Origin: Actinomycetota bacterium
Lineage (GTDB): Bacteria > Actinomycetota > Acidimicrobiia > Acidimicrobiales > AC-9
Direction: 5' to 3'
Length of the DNA stretch: 64,000 bases
Assembly: GCA_005888295.1 (NCBI GenBank)
Contig: VAWP01000098.1
Span: 2,747 to 66,746 of the forward strand
The position numbers were made by a program, and so were the translations under genes. Below the pieces are notes generated by a model. It was given only the letters and a program-made list of their open reading frames with translations, ran no database searches and was not told the DNA's origin. Positions 37,825 through 47,975 of the stretch are shown piece by piece; positions within the stretch are counted from its first letter, which is position 1, and every line of letters starts with the position of its first letter.

Positions 37825-39006
37825 GTGGAGCTCGTCGAGCAGTCCGAACTCGCAACGGCCGGCGCCCCTCGCGACGCTCGTGGCTCCGTGGGCGCCGAGG
37901 GTCCGCGCCGCGGTCGCCCACGTCTCCTGAGAGCTCCCGCCCCCCTCTCGTTCGTTGTGTTGCTCGTTCCCCTGGTGGTCGGTGGCGTCAAGTTGGCATT
38001 CACCCTCCATCAGCCGTTCATCCATTGGGGCGACGTCGCCATCATGGAGACAGCCATCAGAGACACCCTCGGCGGGCACCAGCTGTTGGGGCCGTACTCG
38101 CATTTCGGTTGGTTCCATCCTGGCCCCGCCTACTTCTACCTGGTCGCGCCTCTCTACTGGGCCCTGCACCAGAACGCACAGGCGCTCTTCCTCGGTGCCT
38201 TTCTCATCAACGCCTTGTGTGCCATCGCCGTCGTCGCCGTGATCCGCGCCCGGGCTGGTGAGTCGGCCGCTCGGTGGGGAGCTCTCGTGGTCGGTGCTCT
38301 CCTGTTCTTCGCCCACGCGCTCTTCTCGCTCTACAGCCCGTGGAACCCGGCCCTCCTCGCGCTGCCGATCCTGCTCATGATGGTTCTGGTCGCCGCGGCG
38401 GCGAACGGTTCCACGATCTCCCTGCTGTGGGCGGCCATCGTGGGCTCCTTCGTCGTCCAGACCGAGCTGGGAACCGCCCCTACCGCGCTCGCCGTTCTGG
38501 TCGTGGGCGCCGGGTTGTGGGGATGGGCGGCCTGGCGGAGGAGGGACGAGAAGGTAGCGACCGGCCGGACGCGCCGGCGCACCGTCCTGGCCGCGACCGG
38601 CGTGCTCCTCGGCCTCGTGTGGGTACCTTCCCTGATCCAGCAGACGACCCAGTCTCCGGGAAACATCCGCCAGATCGTCACCTTCTTCGAGCACCCGCCG
38701 ACAGATCAGGAGGCCGGGGGGACCCACACCCGCATGCAGGCCTTTCGGGGGGTTGCGTATTACGCCACCACGGTTCCACTGAAGTCCGAAGAGACTCCCT
38801 GCTGCGAGCCCAACCAGTTCAACGGCCCCGGATCCACGTACACGGGCCGGTACCTCGGCTTCGGGGTCGGCGTCCTGGTGGCGCTGGGCGTCGCCGTCGT
38901 GGGCTGGCGGCGTCGTGACCGGTTCGCCATGGCCCTGGGAGCCGTGTCGGTGGTGGCCGCCGGGTCGGCGGTCGTCGCCACCACGCAGGTCGTCGGCCCG
39001 GTGTAG
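37825..39006 (+). CDS. Polytopic membrane protein of unknown family (possible glycosyltransferase-like); may continue into 39084-39500
   Basis: Many predicted TM stretches; ...[49 protein letters not shown]...; ends inside a hydrophobic segment; GTG 37825 with GAGGA upstream. Confidence 0.5.
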   Translation: MELVEQSELATAGAPRDARGSVGAEGPRRGRPRLLRAPAPLSFVVLLVPLVVGGVKLAFTLHQPFIHWGDVAIMETAIRDTLGGHQLLGPYSHFGWFHPGPAYFYLVAPLYWALHQNAQALFLGAFLINALCAIAVVAVIRARAGESAARWGALVVGALLFFAHALFSLYSPWNPALLALPILLMMVLVAAAANGSTISLLWAAIVGSFVVQTELGTAPTALAVLVVGAGLWGWAAWRRRDEKVATGRTRRRTVLAATGVLLGLVWVPSLIQQTTQSPGNIRQIVTFFEHPPTDQEAGGTHTRMQAFRGVAYYATTVPLKSEETPCCEPNQFNGPGSTYTGRYLGFGVGVLVALGVAVVGWRRRDRFAMALGAVSVVAAGSAVVATTQVVGPV

Positions 39007-39083
39007 GCGTTCTCGCTCTTGGCTGGCTGCGGACCAGTGCGGGGGGGAGATCGTCGGCTGCACGCGTCCGGACAGCGGCGTCG

Positions 39084-39500
39084 GTGCTGCTGGTCGCAGG
39101 CTCGGCCGTTCCTTGCCTGGCTCTGGCCTGGTCGTTCATCCGGAATCCACCGATCGGCTACAGCAACGACCGCGGTCGATACGATGCCGTCCAGCTGGTG
39201 GAGCAGCCGACCCGGGCGATGCACGTCCACGACCTCAGAGTCCAGTTCGCCGACCAGGCGCAGGCCCCGCTCGCCGCCTCCGTGATCATCGAGCTGCAGA
39301 AGGCCGGGGTGGCCGTCCACGTCGAGGCCCCCGGGAGCAACACGTACGGCCCGGCGGAGCAGGTCCGGGGTCCCGACCAGGCCCTGCTGGTGGTCAGTGG
39401 CCCGCACGATCCCGCCCCGGCGACCTCGACGGCCGGCGCCAGCCATCTCGGCACGGTGGAGACCATGGACCTCTGGATGCGGCCGCTGCCGACGCCGTGA
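39084..39500 (+). CDS. Hypothetical protein or 3' portion of the preceding membrane-protein gene
   Basis: This frame is open from 38919. Upstream of the GTG it reads [16 protein letters not shown]...VLLVAGSAVPCLALAWSF, consistent with continuation after a frameshift near 39000. Confidence 0.35.
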   Translation: MLLVAGSAVPCLALAWSFIRNPPIGYSNDRGRYDAVQLVEQPTRAMHVHDLRVQFADQAQAPLAASVIIELQKAGVAVHVEAPGSNTYGPAEQVRGPDQALLVVSGPHDPAPATSTAGASHLGTVETMDLWMRPLPTP

Positions 39501-39654
39501 CGGCGGATGTGTCCTCGGTCCGCGGGACACCGGCCATACTTGGTCACCGCACTGGCGGTCGCAGTGGGCGGCGTCTTCCCTGGAGGTCTGCGGGGGCGCC
39601 GCGGCGAAGTGTCTGCCGGCCACCCCCTCCATGAGAGACCAACGGGAACGAGAA

Positions 39655-41004
39655 GTGACAGACGTCGGCGTTCGGGCACACGCTCCGGGGCGCGCCGTGG
39701 AGGCATCCGGACGGTCGGACCGTCTGACGCGTGCCGGCAGTCGAGCGGCCGAGCGGCTGTGGCCGACCGCCAAGATGCTGGCGCGACCTCTGGGTCTGTA
39801 CCTGGCATCCCGAGTCGTCGTCTACGTGGCCATCGGCGTGGTGATCATGCTGCACGTGGGCATCTCGACCCAGCACTTCACGGGACCGTGGCCGGCCAGC
39901 TCGCCGGGGCGGCCGTTGTTCGAGGCGCTGGGCACCTGGGACGGCGGCTGGTACATGCGGATCGCCACGCACGGCTACACGACCGCCATGCATCCTCCGA
40001 GCTCCTTCACCGCCAGCACGGCGTTTCTACCGGTGCTCCCCGTGCTGTTGCGGATCTCCCAGTTCGTGTCGGGCCTCGCCATTCTGCAGGCTGCCGTCTT
40101 GACGAGCTTCCTCATCGGGGCCGTCGCGTCGATCTGCGTCTGGCTGTTCGTGCGGCACCTCACGGACACGCCAACCGCCGACCGTGGTACGGCCCTGTGG
40201 TGCTTCTTCCCGGGCGCGGTGACGCTGTCACTTGTCTATACCGAGGGGTTGCTGGTCGTCTTCGCCGTCGTCTGTCTCTTCGCCCTCATGCGCGGGCGGT
40301 GGCTGCTAGCCGGCATCGCTGCTGCGGGAGCGAGTGCCACTGCTCCCGAAGGCCTGGCCCTCTTCGCCTGTTGCGCGTGGGCTGCCGGCGCCGCCATCCT
40401 GGCCAAACGGGCTGAGCCCCCGCTCGCGGTCGGAAGGCATCTGGCCGTCTCAGGCGACGGCACGACTTCGACGATGCCGGCATCGCGATGGCGACGATGG
40501 TCGACCACGACCTCTCCCCTTCTGGCGCCCCTCCTCGCTCCTATGGGGTGGCTGGTGTACCAGGCATACCTGTGGCGGAGAACCGGTGACCTCACGTTCT
40601 GGTACCAGGTCGAGAAGCGCTTCTTCAACGGCGGGTTCCACCCATGGGCAGTCACGGGCCACCTCGAGCAACAAGCGATCAACCAACCGGGAGTGCCGAG
40701 CTTCGTGATCCCCACACTGGGGCTCCTCGTCCTGGCCGCGGCCGCGGTCGCGCTCTGGCTCTGGAAGCCGCCGGCCGTCGTCACCATCTACGCTGCCGTG
40801 ACCATGGCCCTGGTGCTCTCGTCAGGGGTACTCGGGGCACGACCCCGCTTCTTCATCGCCGCGTTCCCCTTCGTCGTCGCCCTGGCCCGACCGGTCCGAG
40901 GCCCCGCCTTCCACGCTCTCCTCGGCGTTTGCGCAGGCGCCTTGGGGTTGCTCACCCTCATCCTCGTCTCGTTCATCAACCTGCATCTGGCGTTCACCCC
41001 CTGA
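39655..41004 (+). CDS. PIG-V-like (Mannosyl_trans2-type) GT-C integral membrane glycosyltransferase, paralog 1
   Basis: ...RPLGLYLASRVVVY...FEALGTWDGGWYMRIATHGY...AFLPVLPVLLR...ALWCFFPGA...WKPPAVVTIYAA...FTP*; GTG start chosen by N-terminal homology to paralogs (VTDVGV / VADIDV / VADLEL). Confidence 0.7.
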   Translation: MTDVGVRAHAPGRAVEASGRSDRLTRAGSRAAERLWPTAKMLARPLGLYLASRVVVYVAIGVVIMLHVGISTQHFTGPWPASSPGRPLFEALGTWDGGWYMRIATHGYTTAMHPPSSFTASTAFLPVLPVLLRISQFVSGLAILQAAVLTSFLIGAVASICVWLFVRHLTDTPTADRGTALWCFFPGAVTLSLVYTEGLLVVFAVVCLFALMRGRWLLAGIAAAGASATAPEGLALFACCAWAAGAAILAKRAEPPLAVGRHLAVSGDGTTSTMPASRWRRWSTTTSPLLAPLLAPMGWLVYQAYLWRRTGDLTFWYQVEKRFFNGGFHPWAVTGHLEQQAINQPGVPSFVIPTLGLLVLAAAAVALWLWKPPAVVTIYAAVTMALVLSSGVLGARPRFFIAAFPFVVALARPVRGPAFHALLGVCAGALGLLTLILVSFINLHLAFTP

Positions 41005-41032
41005 CGCCCAAGGATTGAAAGGCAAGTCCCGC

Positions 41033-42394
41033 GTGGCCGACATCGATGTCCCGGAGCGGACGGTGATCCGGACCGATCTCGAGCCGGGATTGCTTCGCGG
41101 GCTGACGGCGGCGCTGCCGGGGCTGATCGACCGTGCACGCGATCGGCTCCCTCCGGCGGCTCGCCTCCTCGTCCGGCCCCTGGGGGTGTACCTGGCGTCG
41201 AGGCTCGTCGTCTACGCCGCCATCGGGGTGGTCATCGCGCTCCACCTGGGAGCGTCCAACCAACACTTCAACATGGGCTGGTTTCCCGACCACTCCACGA
41301 GCCGGCCCCTGTTCGAGGCGCTGGGAATGTGGGACGGGGGCTGGTATCTCCACATCGTGAGCCACGGCTACGACACACAGCTACACCCGGTGGGTGCCTA
41401 TCTTCCGTCCGTCGCCTTCCTGCCCCTGCTCCCGCTCGTGGTGAAGGCGACAGCGTTCGTCACCGGCCTGAAGGCCCTGCACGCCGGCATCCTCACGGCC
41501 TTCGTGATCGGAGCCGTTGCATCGGTGGCCATATGGCTGTTCGTTCGGTATCTCACCGACGGTCCCACGGCCGATCGGGCGACCGCGTTGTGGTGCTTCT
41601 TCCCCGGCGCCTTCACCTTGTCGTTCGTCTACAGCGAGGGCCTGCTCGTCGTCTTGGCGGTGGTCTGCCTGTACGCCCTGATGCGGCAGCGCTGGCTGCT
41701 CGCCGGCGTGGCGGCACTGCTGGCCGGTGCCACCGCCCCGGCCGGGCTCGCGCTCGTCGGCGCCTGTGCCTGGGGAGCCGGAGCCGCACTGCTTCGGCGT
41801 CCGCAGACCCCGCCCGTCGCCCGCCTCGGTCCCGGTGCGCTGGCCACAACCGAGCTCCCGCGCACAGCGGAGGCCCGAGTGGCCCGGCCTCGGCGGGCCT
41901 GGCTGGCGCTGACCGCACCTCTGCTGGCTCCTATTGGCTTTCTCGCCTACATGGCGTACCTCTGGCAACGAACCGGCGATATCACCTACTGGTACTGGGC
42001 GGAGAGGAGCTTCTGGGACGGACGGTTCAACCCGTATACCTCGACCATCGGGAGAGTCATACAGGCCTGGCACATGCCTGAGATACCGGACTTTCTCGTA
42101 CCAACGATCTGCCTGTTCGTGCTGGCGGCCGCCGCCATCATGCTGTGGCGCTGGAAGCCGCCCGCAGTCGTCACGATCTATGCCGCCCTCGTGATGGCCT
42201 TCGTCATGTCCTCGGGGACCCTGGGCGTCCGGCCGCGCTTTTACATCGCTGCCTTCCCCTTCGTCGTCGCCATGGCCAGACCGGCCAAGGGACCCGCCTT
42301 CAGCGCCCTCCTCGGAGCGTCGGCCACGCTTCTCGCCCTGCTCACCCTCGTCGTCGTTGCCGCTGTCAATTCGGCGTGGACCTTCACGCCCTGA
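41033..42394 (+). CDS. PIG-V-like GT-C integral membrane glycosyltransferase, paralog 2
   Basis: VADIDVPERT...RPLGVYLASRLVVY...FEALGMWDGGWYLHIVSHGY...AFLPLLPLVVK...ALWCFFPGA...WKPPAVVTIYAA...FTP*. Confidence 0.7.
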   Translation: MADIDVPERTVIRTDLEPGLLRGLTAALPGLIDRARDRLPPAARLLVRPLGVYLASRLVVYAAIGVVIALHLGASNQHFNMGWFPDHSTSRPLFEALGMWDGGWYLHIVSHGYDTQLHPVGAYLPSVAFLPLLPLVVKATAFVTGLKALHAGILTAFVIGAVASVAIWLFVRYLTDGPTADRATALWCFFPGAFTLSFVYSEGLLVVLAVVCLYALMRQRWLLAGVAALLAGATAPAGLALVGACAWGAGAALLRRPQTPPVARLGPGALATTELPRTAEARVARPRRAWLALTAPLLAPIGFLAYMAYLWQRTGDITYWYWAERSFWDGRFNPYTSTIGRVIQAWHMPEIPDFLVPTICLFVLAAAAIMLWRWKPPAVVTIYAALVMAFVMSSGTLGVRPRFYIAAFPFVVAMARPAKGPAFSALLGASATLLALLTLVVVAAVNSAWTFTP

Positions 42395-42433
42395 CCTAGC
42401 CTTGGAACGAGTGCCGCCAGGACCGGAGCGCTA

Positions 42434-43750
42434 GTGGCCGACCTCGAGCTTCAAGAGCGGCTCCCCGCCCACCCGCAGCCCGCGCTCGACGTGCTGCGGA
42501 CCTATCTGGCCGACCGTGGCCGGCGTGCGGTCGAGAACATCCGGCCGGCTCTGCGGACGGTTGCTCGCCCGCTTGGCCTGTACCTGGCCTCACGGATCGT
42601 GGTCGCCACCGCCATCGGAGTGGTGATCGCGCTCCACATCGGCCTCTCCACCCAGCACTTTCATGGCAGCTCGTTCCCCCTGAACCCGCCCAAGGGGTCG
42701 TTCTTCGAGGCGCTGGGGATGTTCGACGGCGCCTGGTACATGCACATCGCCGCCCATGGCTACTCGACCCAGCTGCAGCCGATCGACTGGTCCGCCACTC
42801 CATCCGTCGCGTTCCTGCCGCTGCTGCCGGTGCTCCTACGCATCACGGTCTTCGTGACCGGGCTGAACATCCTGTACGCAGGGGTCCTCACGACCTTCGT
42901 CATCGGGGCTGTGGCCTCCGTTTGTGTGTGGGTGTTCGTCCGGCGGATCACCGACGCTAGGATCGCCGACCGAGCGACGGCGCTGTGGTGCTTCTTCCCC
43001 GGAGCGATGACCCTCTCGCTCGTCTACACGGAGGGTCTGCTCGTCGTCCTGGCCGTGATCTGCCTGTTCGCCCTGATGCGAGGACGTTGGCTGGTCGCGG
43101 GACTGGCGGCGGCCGCGGCCAGCGCCACGGCTCCGGAGGGCCTGGCCTTGACCGCCTGCTGCGCCTGGGCTGCGGGAGCGGCGGTCCTGCACCACCCCGC
43201 TCGGGATGATCGCGAGGGCCCCGAGGGGTTTGGGCACCGCCTCAGACGCGGACGGTGGTTCCCCCTCCTCGCTCCTGTGCTCGCGCCGACGGGCTGGATC
43301 ACCTACCAGGCGTACCTGTGGCACCGGACCGGCGACATCAAGTTCTGGTACCGGATCGAGAACGAATTCTGGCAGGGTGGGTTCCACCCGTGGACCGCGA
43401 CCGTCGACAAGGCCAGGTTGGCCTTCGACCATCCCGGGATGCCCGACTATCTGGTCCCGACCATCGGTCTGTTCGTGTTGGTCGCCGCCGCCATCCTGCT
43501 CTGGCACTGGAAGCCTCCAGCAGTGGTGACGATCTACGCCGCCGTGGCCATGGCACTGGTCCTGAGCTCGGGTCCGCTCGGCGCCCGACCGCGCTTTTTC
43601 ATCGCCGCCTTTCCCTTTGTCGTCGCCTTGGCGCGCCCGGCGAGGGGACCCGGGTTCAGCGCCCTGCTCGGGACCGCGGCCGGGTGCCTGGGGCTGCTGA
43701 CGCTCATCATCACCGCTGGCGTCACCGCTGCCCAAGCGTTCACCCCGTGA
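42434..43750 (+). CDS. PIG-V-like GT-C integral membrane glycosyltransferase, paralog 3
   Basis: GGAG 5 nt upstream of the GTG; VADLELQERL...RPLGLYLASRIVV...FEALGMFDGAWYMHIAAHGY...AFLPLLPVLLR...ALWCFFPGA...WKPPAVVTIYAA...FTP*. Confidence 0.75.
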   Translation: MADLELQERLPAHPQPALDVLRTYLADRGRRAVENIRPALRTVARPLGLYLASRIVVATAIGVVIALHIGLSTQHFHGSSFPLNPPKGSFFEALGMFDGAWYMHIAAHGYSTQLQPIDWSATPSVAFLPLLPVLLRITVFVTGLNILYAGVLTTFVIGAVASVCVWVFVRRITDARIADRATALWCFFPGAMTLSLVYTEGLLVVLAVICLFALMRGRWLVAGLAAAAASATAPEGLALTACCAWAAGAAVLHHPARDDREGPEGFGHRLRRGRWFPLLAPVLAPTGWITYQAYLWHRTGDIKFWYRIENEFWQGGFHPWTATVDKARLAFDHPGMPDYLVPTIGLFVLVAAAILLWHWKPPAVVTIYAAVAMALVLSSGPLGARPRFFIAAFPFVVALARPARGPGFSALLGTAAGCLGLLTLIITAGVTAAQAFTP

Positions 43751-43766
43751 GGGCGTTCGACGGCCC

Positions 43767-44792
<1,026 letters not shown>

Positions 44793-44851
44793 CTACGTGG
44801 CAGGAGGGGGTACCGAGCGGCTGGCTGCCGTCGCGTCGGTTGTTCTAGGGC

Positions 44852-46063
44852 TCAAGCGAGCTTGAAGGCCTCGTGGAGGGCCTGCACGGCAGGCTCGACG
44901 GCATCCGTGCGGACGACACAGGAGATGCGGATGGAAGACGTCGAGATCATCTCGATGTTGATCCCCTCGCCCGAGAGCGTCTCGAACATCGTCGCTGTGA
45001 CGCCGGGGTGGGTCTTCATCCCGGCGCCGACCAGTGACACCCGCCCGACATCGCTGTCTCCGGTCACGTCGGACGCGCCGATCTGGGGCGCCAGCTCCCT
45101 GGTCACCTCCAGGCTGACGGCGAGGTCGTCCTTGGGCACGGTGAAGGAGATGTCGGTCGTCCCATGGAGGGAGGTGTTCTGCACGATCATGTCGACGTTG
45201 ACCGTCCGGTCGGCCAGGGCACGGAACAACCGGGCAGCGATGCCGGGCCGGTCGAGCACTCCGGTCACCGTCACCTTCGCCTCCGAGGTGTCGTGCGTCA
45301 CGGCCGAGACGATCGCCTGCTCCATGGAACGGTTCTCCTCCTTGACCCACGTGCCCGGCTCCCAGGTGAAGCTGGATCGAACGTGCAACGGCACGTGATG
45401 ATTGCGAGCGAACTCCACTGATCGCAGGGCGAGGACCCGGCCGCCGCTGGCGGCGATCTCGAGCATCTCTTCGTACGAGAGCTGGGGCAGCCGGTGGGCG
45501 CCCGGGACGATGCGGGGGTCGGCGCTGAACACCCCCGAGACGTCGGTGTAGATCTCGCACGCCTCGGCCCCCAGCGTCGCCGCCAGGGCCACCGCCGTGG
45601 TGTCGGAGCCTCCCCTGCCGAGGGTGGTCACGTCCCGGCGTGACGAGACACCCTGAAAGCCCGCGACCACTGGGACGCGTCCCTCGGCAAGAGCCTCGCG
45701 GAGCCGATCACCCTTGACCTCGAGGATCATGGCCCGGGTGTGGGTGGTATCAGTGATGATGCCGGCCTGGCTACCGGTGAACGAAGCCGCTCCCACGTTC
45801 AACTCGGCCAGAGCCAGGCACAGCAGGGCGGTCGACACCCGCTCTCCGGCGGTCAGGAGCATGTCCATCTCCCTGCCTGGCTGGACGCGGCTGACGTCGT
45901 TGGCCAGACGGATGAGGTCGTCCGTCGTCTTGCCCATGGCGCTGACGACGACCACCACCTCGTGGCCCTGTCGGCGAGTGCGGGCAACGTGGTCGGCGAC
46001 GGCCCGCATGCGGTCGGTGTCCGTCACCGAGGTGCCGCCGAACTTCTGCACCAGGAGAGCCAC
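44852..46063 (-). CDS. lysC: Aspartate kinase (with probable internal start for a beta subunit at 45325)
   Basis: GTG start [13 protein letters not shown]...[14 protein letters not shown]...; two C-terminal ACT domains; AAGGAGGAG 8 nt upstream of the internal ATG ([12 protein letters not shown]). Confidence 0.9.
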   Translation of the reverse strand: MALLVQKFGGTSVTDTDRMRAVADHVARTRRQGHEVVVVVSAMGKTTDDLIRLANDVSRVQPGREMDMLLTAGERVSTALLCLALAELNVGAASFTGSQAGIITDTTHTRAMILEVKGDRLREALAEGRVPVVAGFQGVSSRRDVTTLGRGGSDTTAVALAATLGAEACEIYTDVSGVFSADPRIVPGAHRLPQLSYEEMLEIAASGGRVLALRSVEFARNHHVPLHVRSSFTWEPGTWVKEENRSMEQAIVSAVTHDTSEAKVTVTGVLDRPGIAARLFRALADRTVNVDMIVQNTSLHGTTDISFTVPKDDLAVSLEVTRELAPQIGASDVTGDSDVGRVSLVGAGMKTHPGVTATMFETLSGEGINIEMISTSSIRISCVVRTDAVEPAVQALHEAFKLA

Positions 46064-46148
46064 GGATGGAGGCTACCGGAGTCGATGTCGATGGGGGCGA
46101 CCCGCCAACAGGCTGGGAGTGGGTCGACGCTGTCCCTGACGGACGTCA

Positions 46149-46772
46149 GATGGCCATCGGTCCGCCCCAGTTGCCCCCGCCGACGACCCACATCACGTCG
46201 GTGGCGCCACTGTTGTCGAACACGAACACGTCGGTCTGGTTGGGCAGGCCGAACTGGTTGGAGGCGGCCAGACGAGCCCCGGCTGGAGCCAACCCACCTG
46301 GGCCAATGGCCAGTGGTCCGCCCCAGTTGCCGCCGCCCGCGACCCACGAGACCTGGGTGGCGCCGTTGTTGCCCACCACGAACACGTCGGTCTGGTTGGG
46401 CAGGCCGAACTGGTTGGAGGCGGCCAGGCCGGCACCCGCCGGGGCCGTGTTGGGGGGCGTGATGGCCAGGGGCCCGCTCCAGTTGCCCGCCCCAACTACC
46501 CACAGGACCTGGGTGGCGCCGTTGGTCCCCACCACGAACACGTCGGTCTGGTTGGAGGTCCCGAACTGCCGGGAAACGGCCAGCCGTGCCCCGGCGGGGG
46601 CCAGGCCAGGTGCGGAGATGCGCATGGGCCCGTTCCAGTTGCCCGCCCCCTGGACCCAGGACACTTGGACCGAGCCGTCGCTCGCCACGCTGAACACGTC
46701 CGTCTGGTTGGGAATGCCGAACTGGTTGGAGGCCACCACGGCCTCGGGTGTCGGCGCGACAGGGACGACCGC
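46149..46772 (-). repeat. Four tandem 156-nt coding repeats (52-aa beta-propeller-blade-like units)
   Basis: The core CACGAACACGTCGGTCTGGTTGGGCAGGCCGAACTGGTTGGAGGCGGCCAG is identical at 46221 and 46377. Diverged copies sit at 46533 and 46689, so the period is exactly 156 nt. Confidence 0.85.
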
Positions 46773-47059
46773 ATTGGACGCCGCGGATGGCGGCCCCGTA
46801 CCCACGCTGTTCGTTGCGGTCACGGTGAAGGTGTAGGTATCGCCGTTGGTGAGACCGGCCACCTTGATGGGGCTCACCGTCCCAGTCGCCCTCTGCCCCC
46901 CACGAACCGAGTTGGTCAAGTCCTTGGCCGTGGCGGTGTAGAACCCGATGGCGGACCCGCCGTCAGAGGCCGGCGGCGTGAAGGCGACCGTCGCCGAGGC
47001 GCTGCCGGCCGTTGCCTGCCCGATCCCAGGAGCACCGGGGACGGTTGCCGGCACCGACG

Positions 47060-47975
47060 AGCCGGTCGTCGATATGCGGACATCCTCCAGCGACAGGAAG
47101 CCGGGGTTCCCCGCCTGCAGGACGACGCTCCCGTTGGCGTGGACCACCAAGGGAGCGACCAGGTTGTTCGCCGTCACAGCCGAGAAGGACTCGTCAGCCG
47201 CCGGCCTGGCTCCCGACGGCAAGGTGGCGACGGTCTGGCCGACCTGGCCTCCTGTGGCTCCTCCCCGCAGGTCCACCTCCGCTCCCTGCTGGGCGAAGCC
47301 CGGCGAGTTGGTACCCGGTGCCGGCGACCAACCGTTCTGGAGGCCGAGGTTCGATGGTGGGGCGGCACGGACGAGGACCCCGATGCCCGACAACGACAGG
47401 AACCCCGGGTTGCCCGCGTTCAAGACGATGGTCCCGTTGGGGTGGACCACCAGGGGGGCGACCACATCGTTGGCAGTCACCACCGAGAACCACTCGTCGG
47501 CGGGCGGGGTGAGATTGGCGGGCAGCGTGGCCACCACCTGGCCCACGCCTCCCCCAACGAGCCCGCCGGTGAGCTCCACGTAGCTGCCGTTCTGGACATA
47601 GCCGGGGGCCCACCCCGGACCATGGGTCCCGCCCGCCGGCGACCACCCGTTCTGGAGGGCCAAGGGTTGGTACGACGTGGATGCCCCGACGTCCAAGATG
47701 ACGCCCGACAGGGACACGAATCCTGTGTTGCCCGCGTGCAACACGACGGTCCCGTTGGAGTGGACCACCAGCGGGGCGACGACGTTGTTCCCTGTCACCA
47801 CCGAGAACCACTCGTCGGCGCTGGGTGCCAGGTTCGGGGGCAGCGTGGCGATGGGCGTCCCGACCGACCCACCCGTCACCCCGCCGACGAGCCTGACGAA
47901 GTTGCCTTCTTGCACATACGAAGGCGCGTCGGCGCCCGTAGCCGGAGTCCATCCGTTCTGGAGACTCAGAGGCTG
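47060..47975 (-). repeat. Three tandem ~306-315-nt coding repeats (~100-aa units, L.LQNGW...ATLP...APLVVH.NG.V.L.AGN.GF.SL)
   Basis: The LQNGW codons recur at 47949-47963, 47643-47657 and 47328-47342 (minus strand); the three peptide units align over their full length. Confidence 0.75.
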
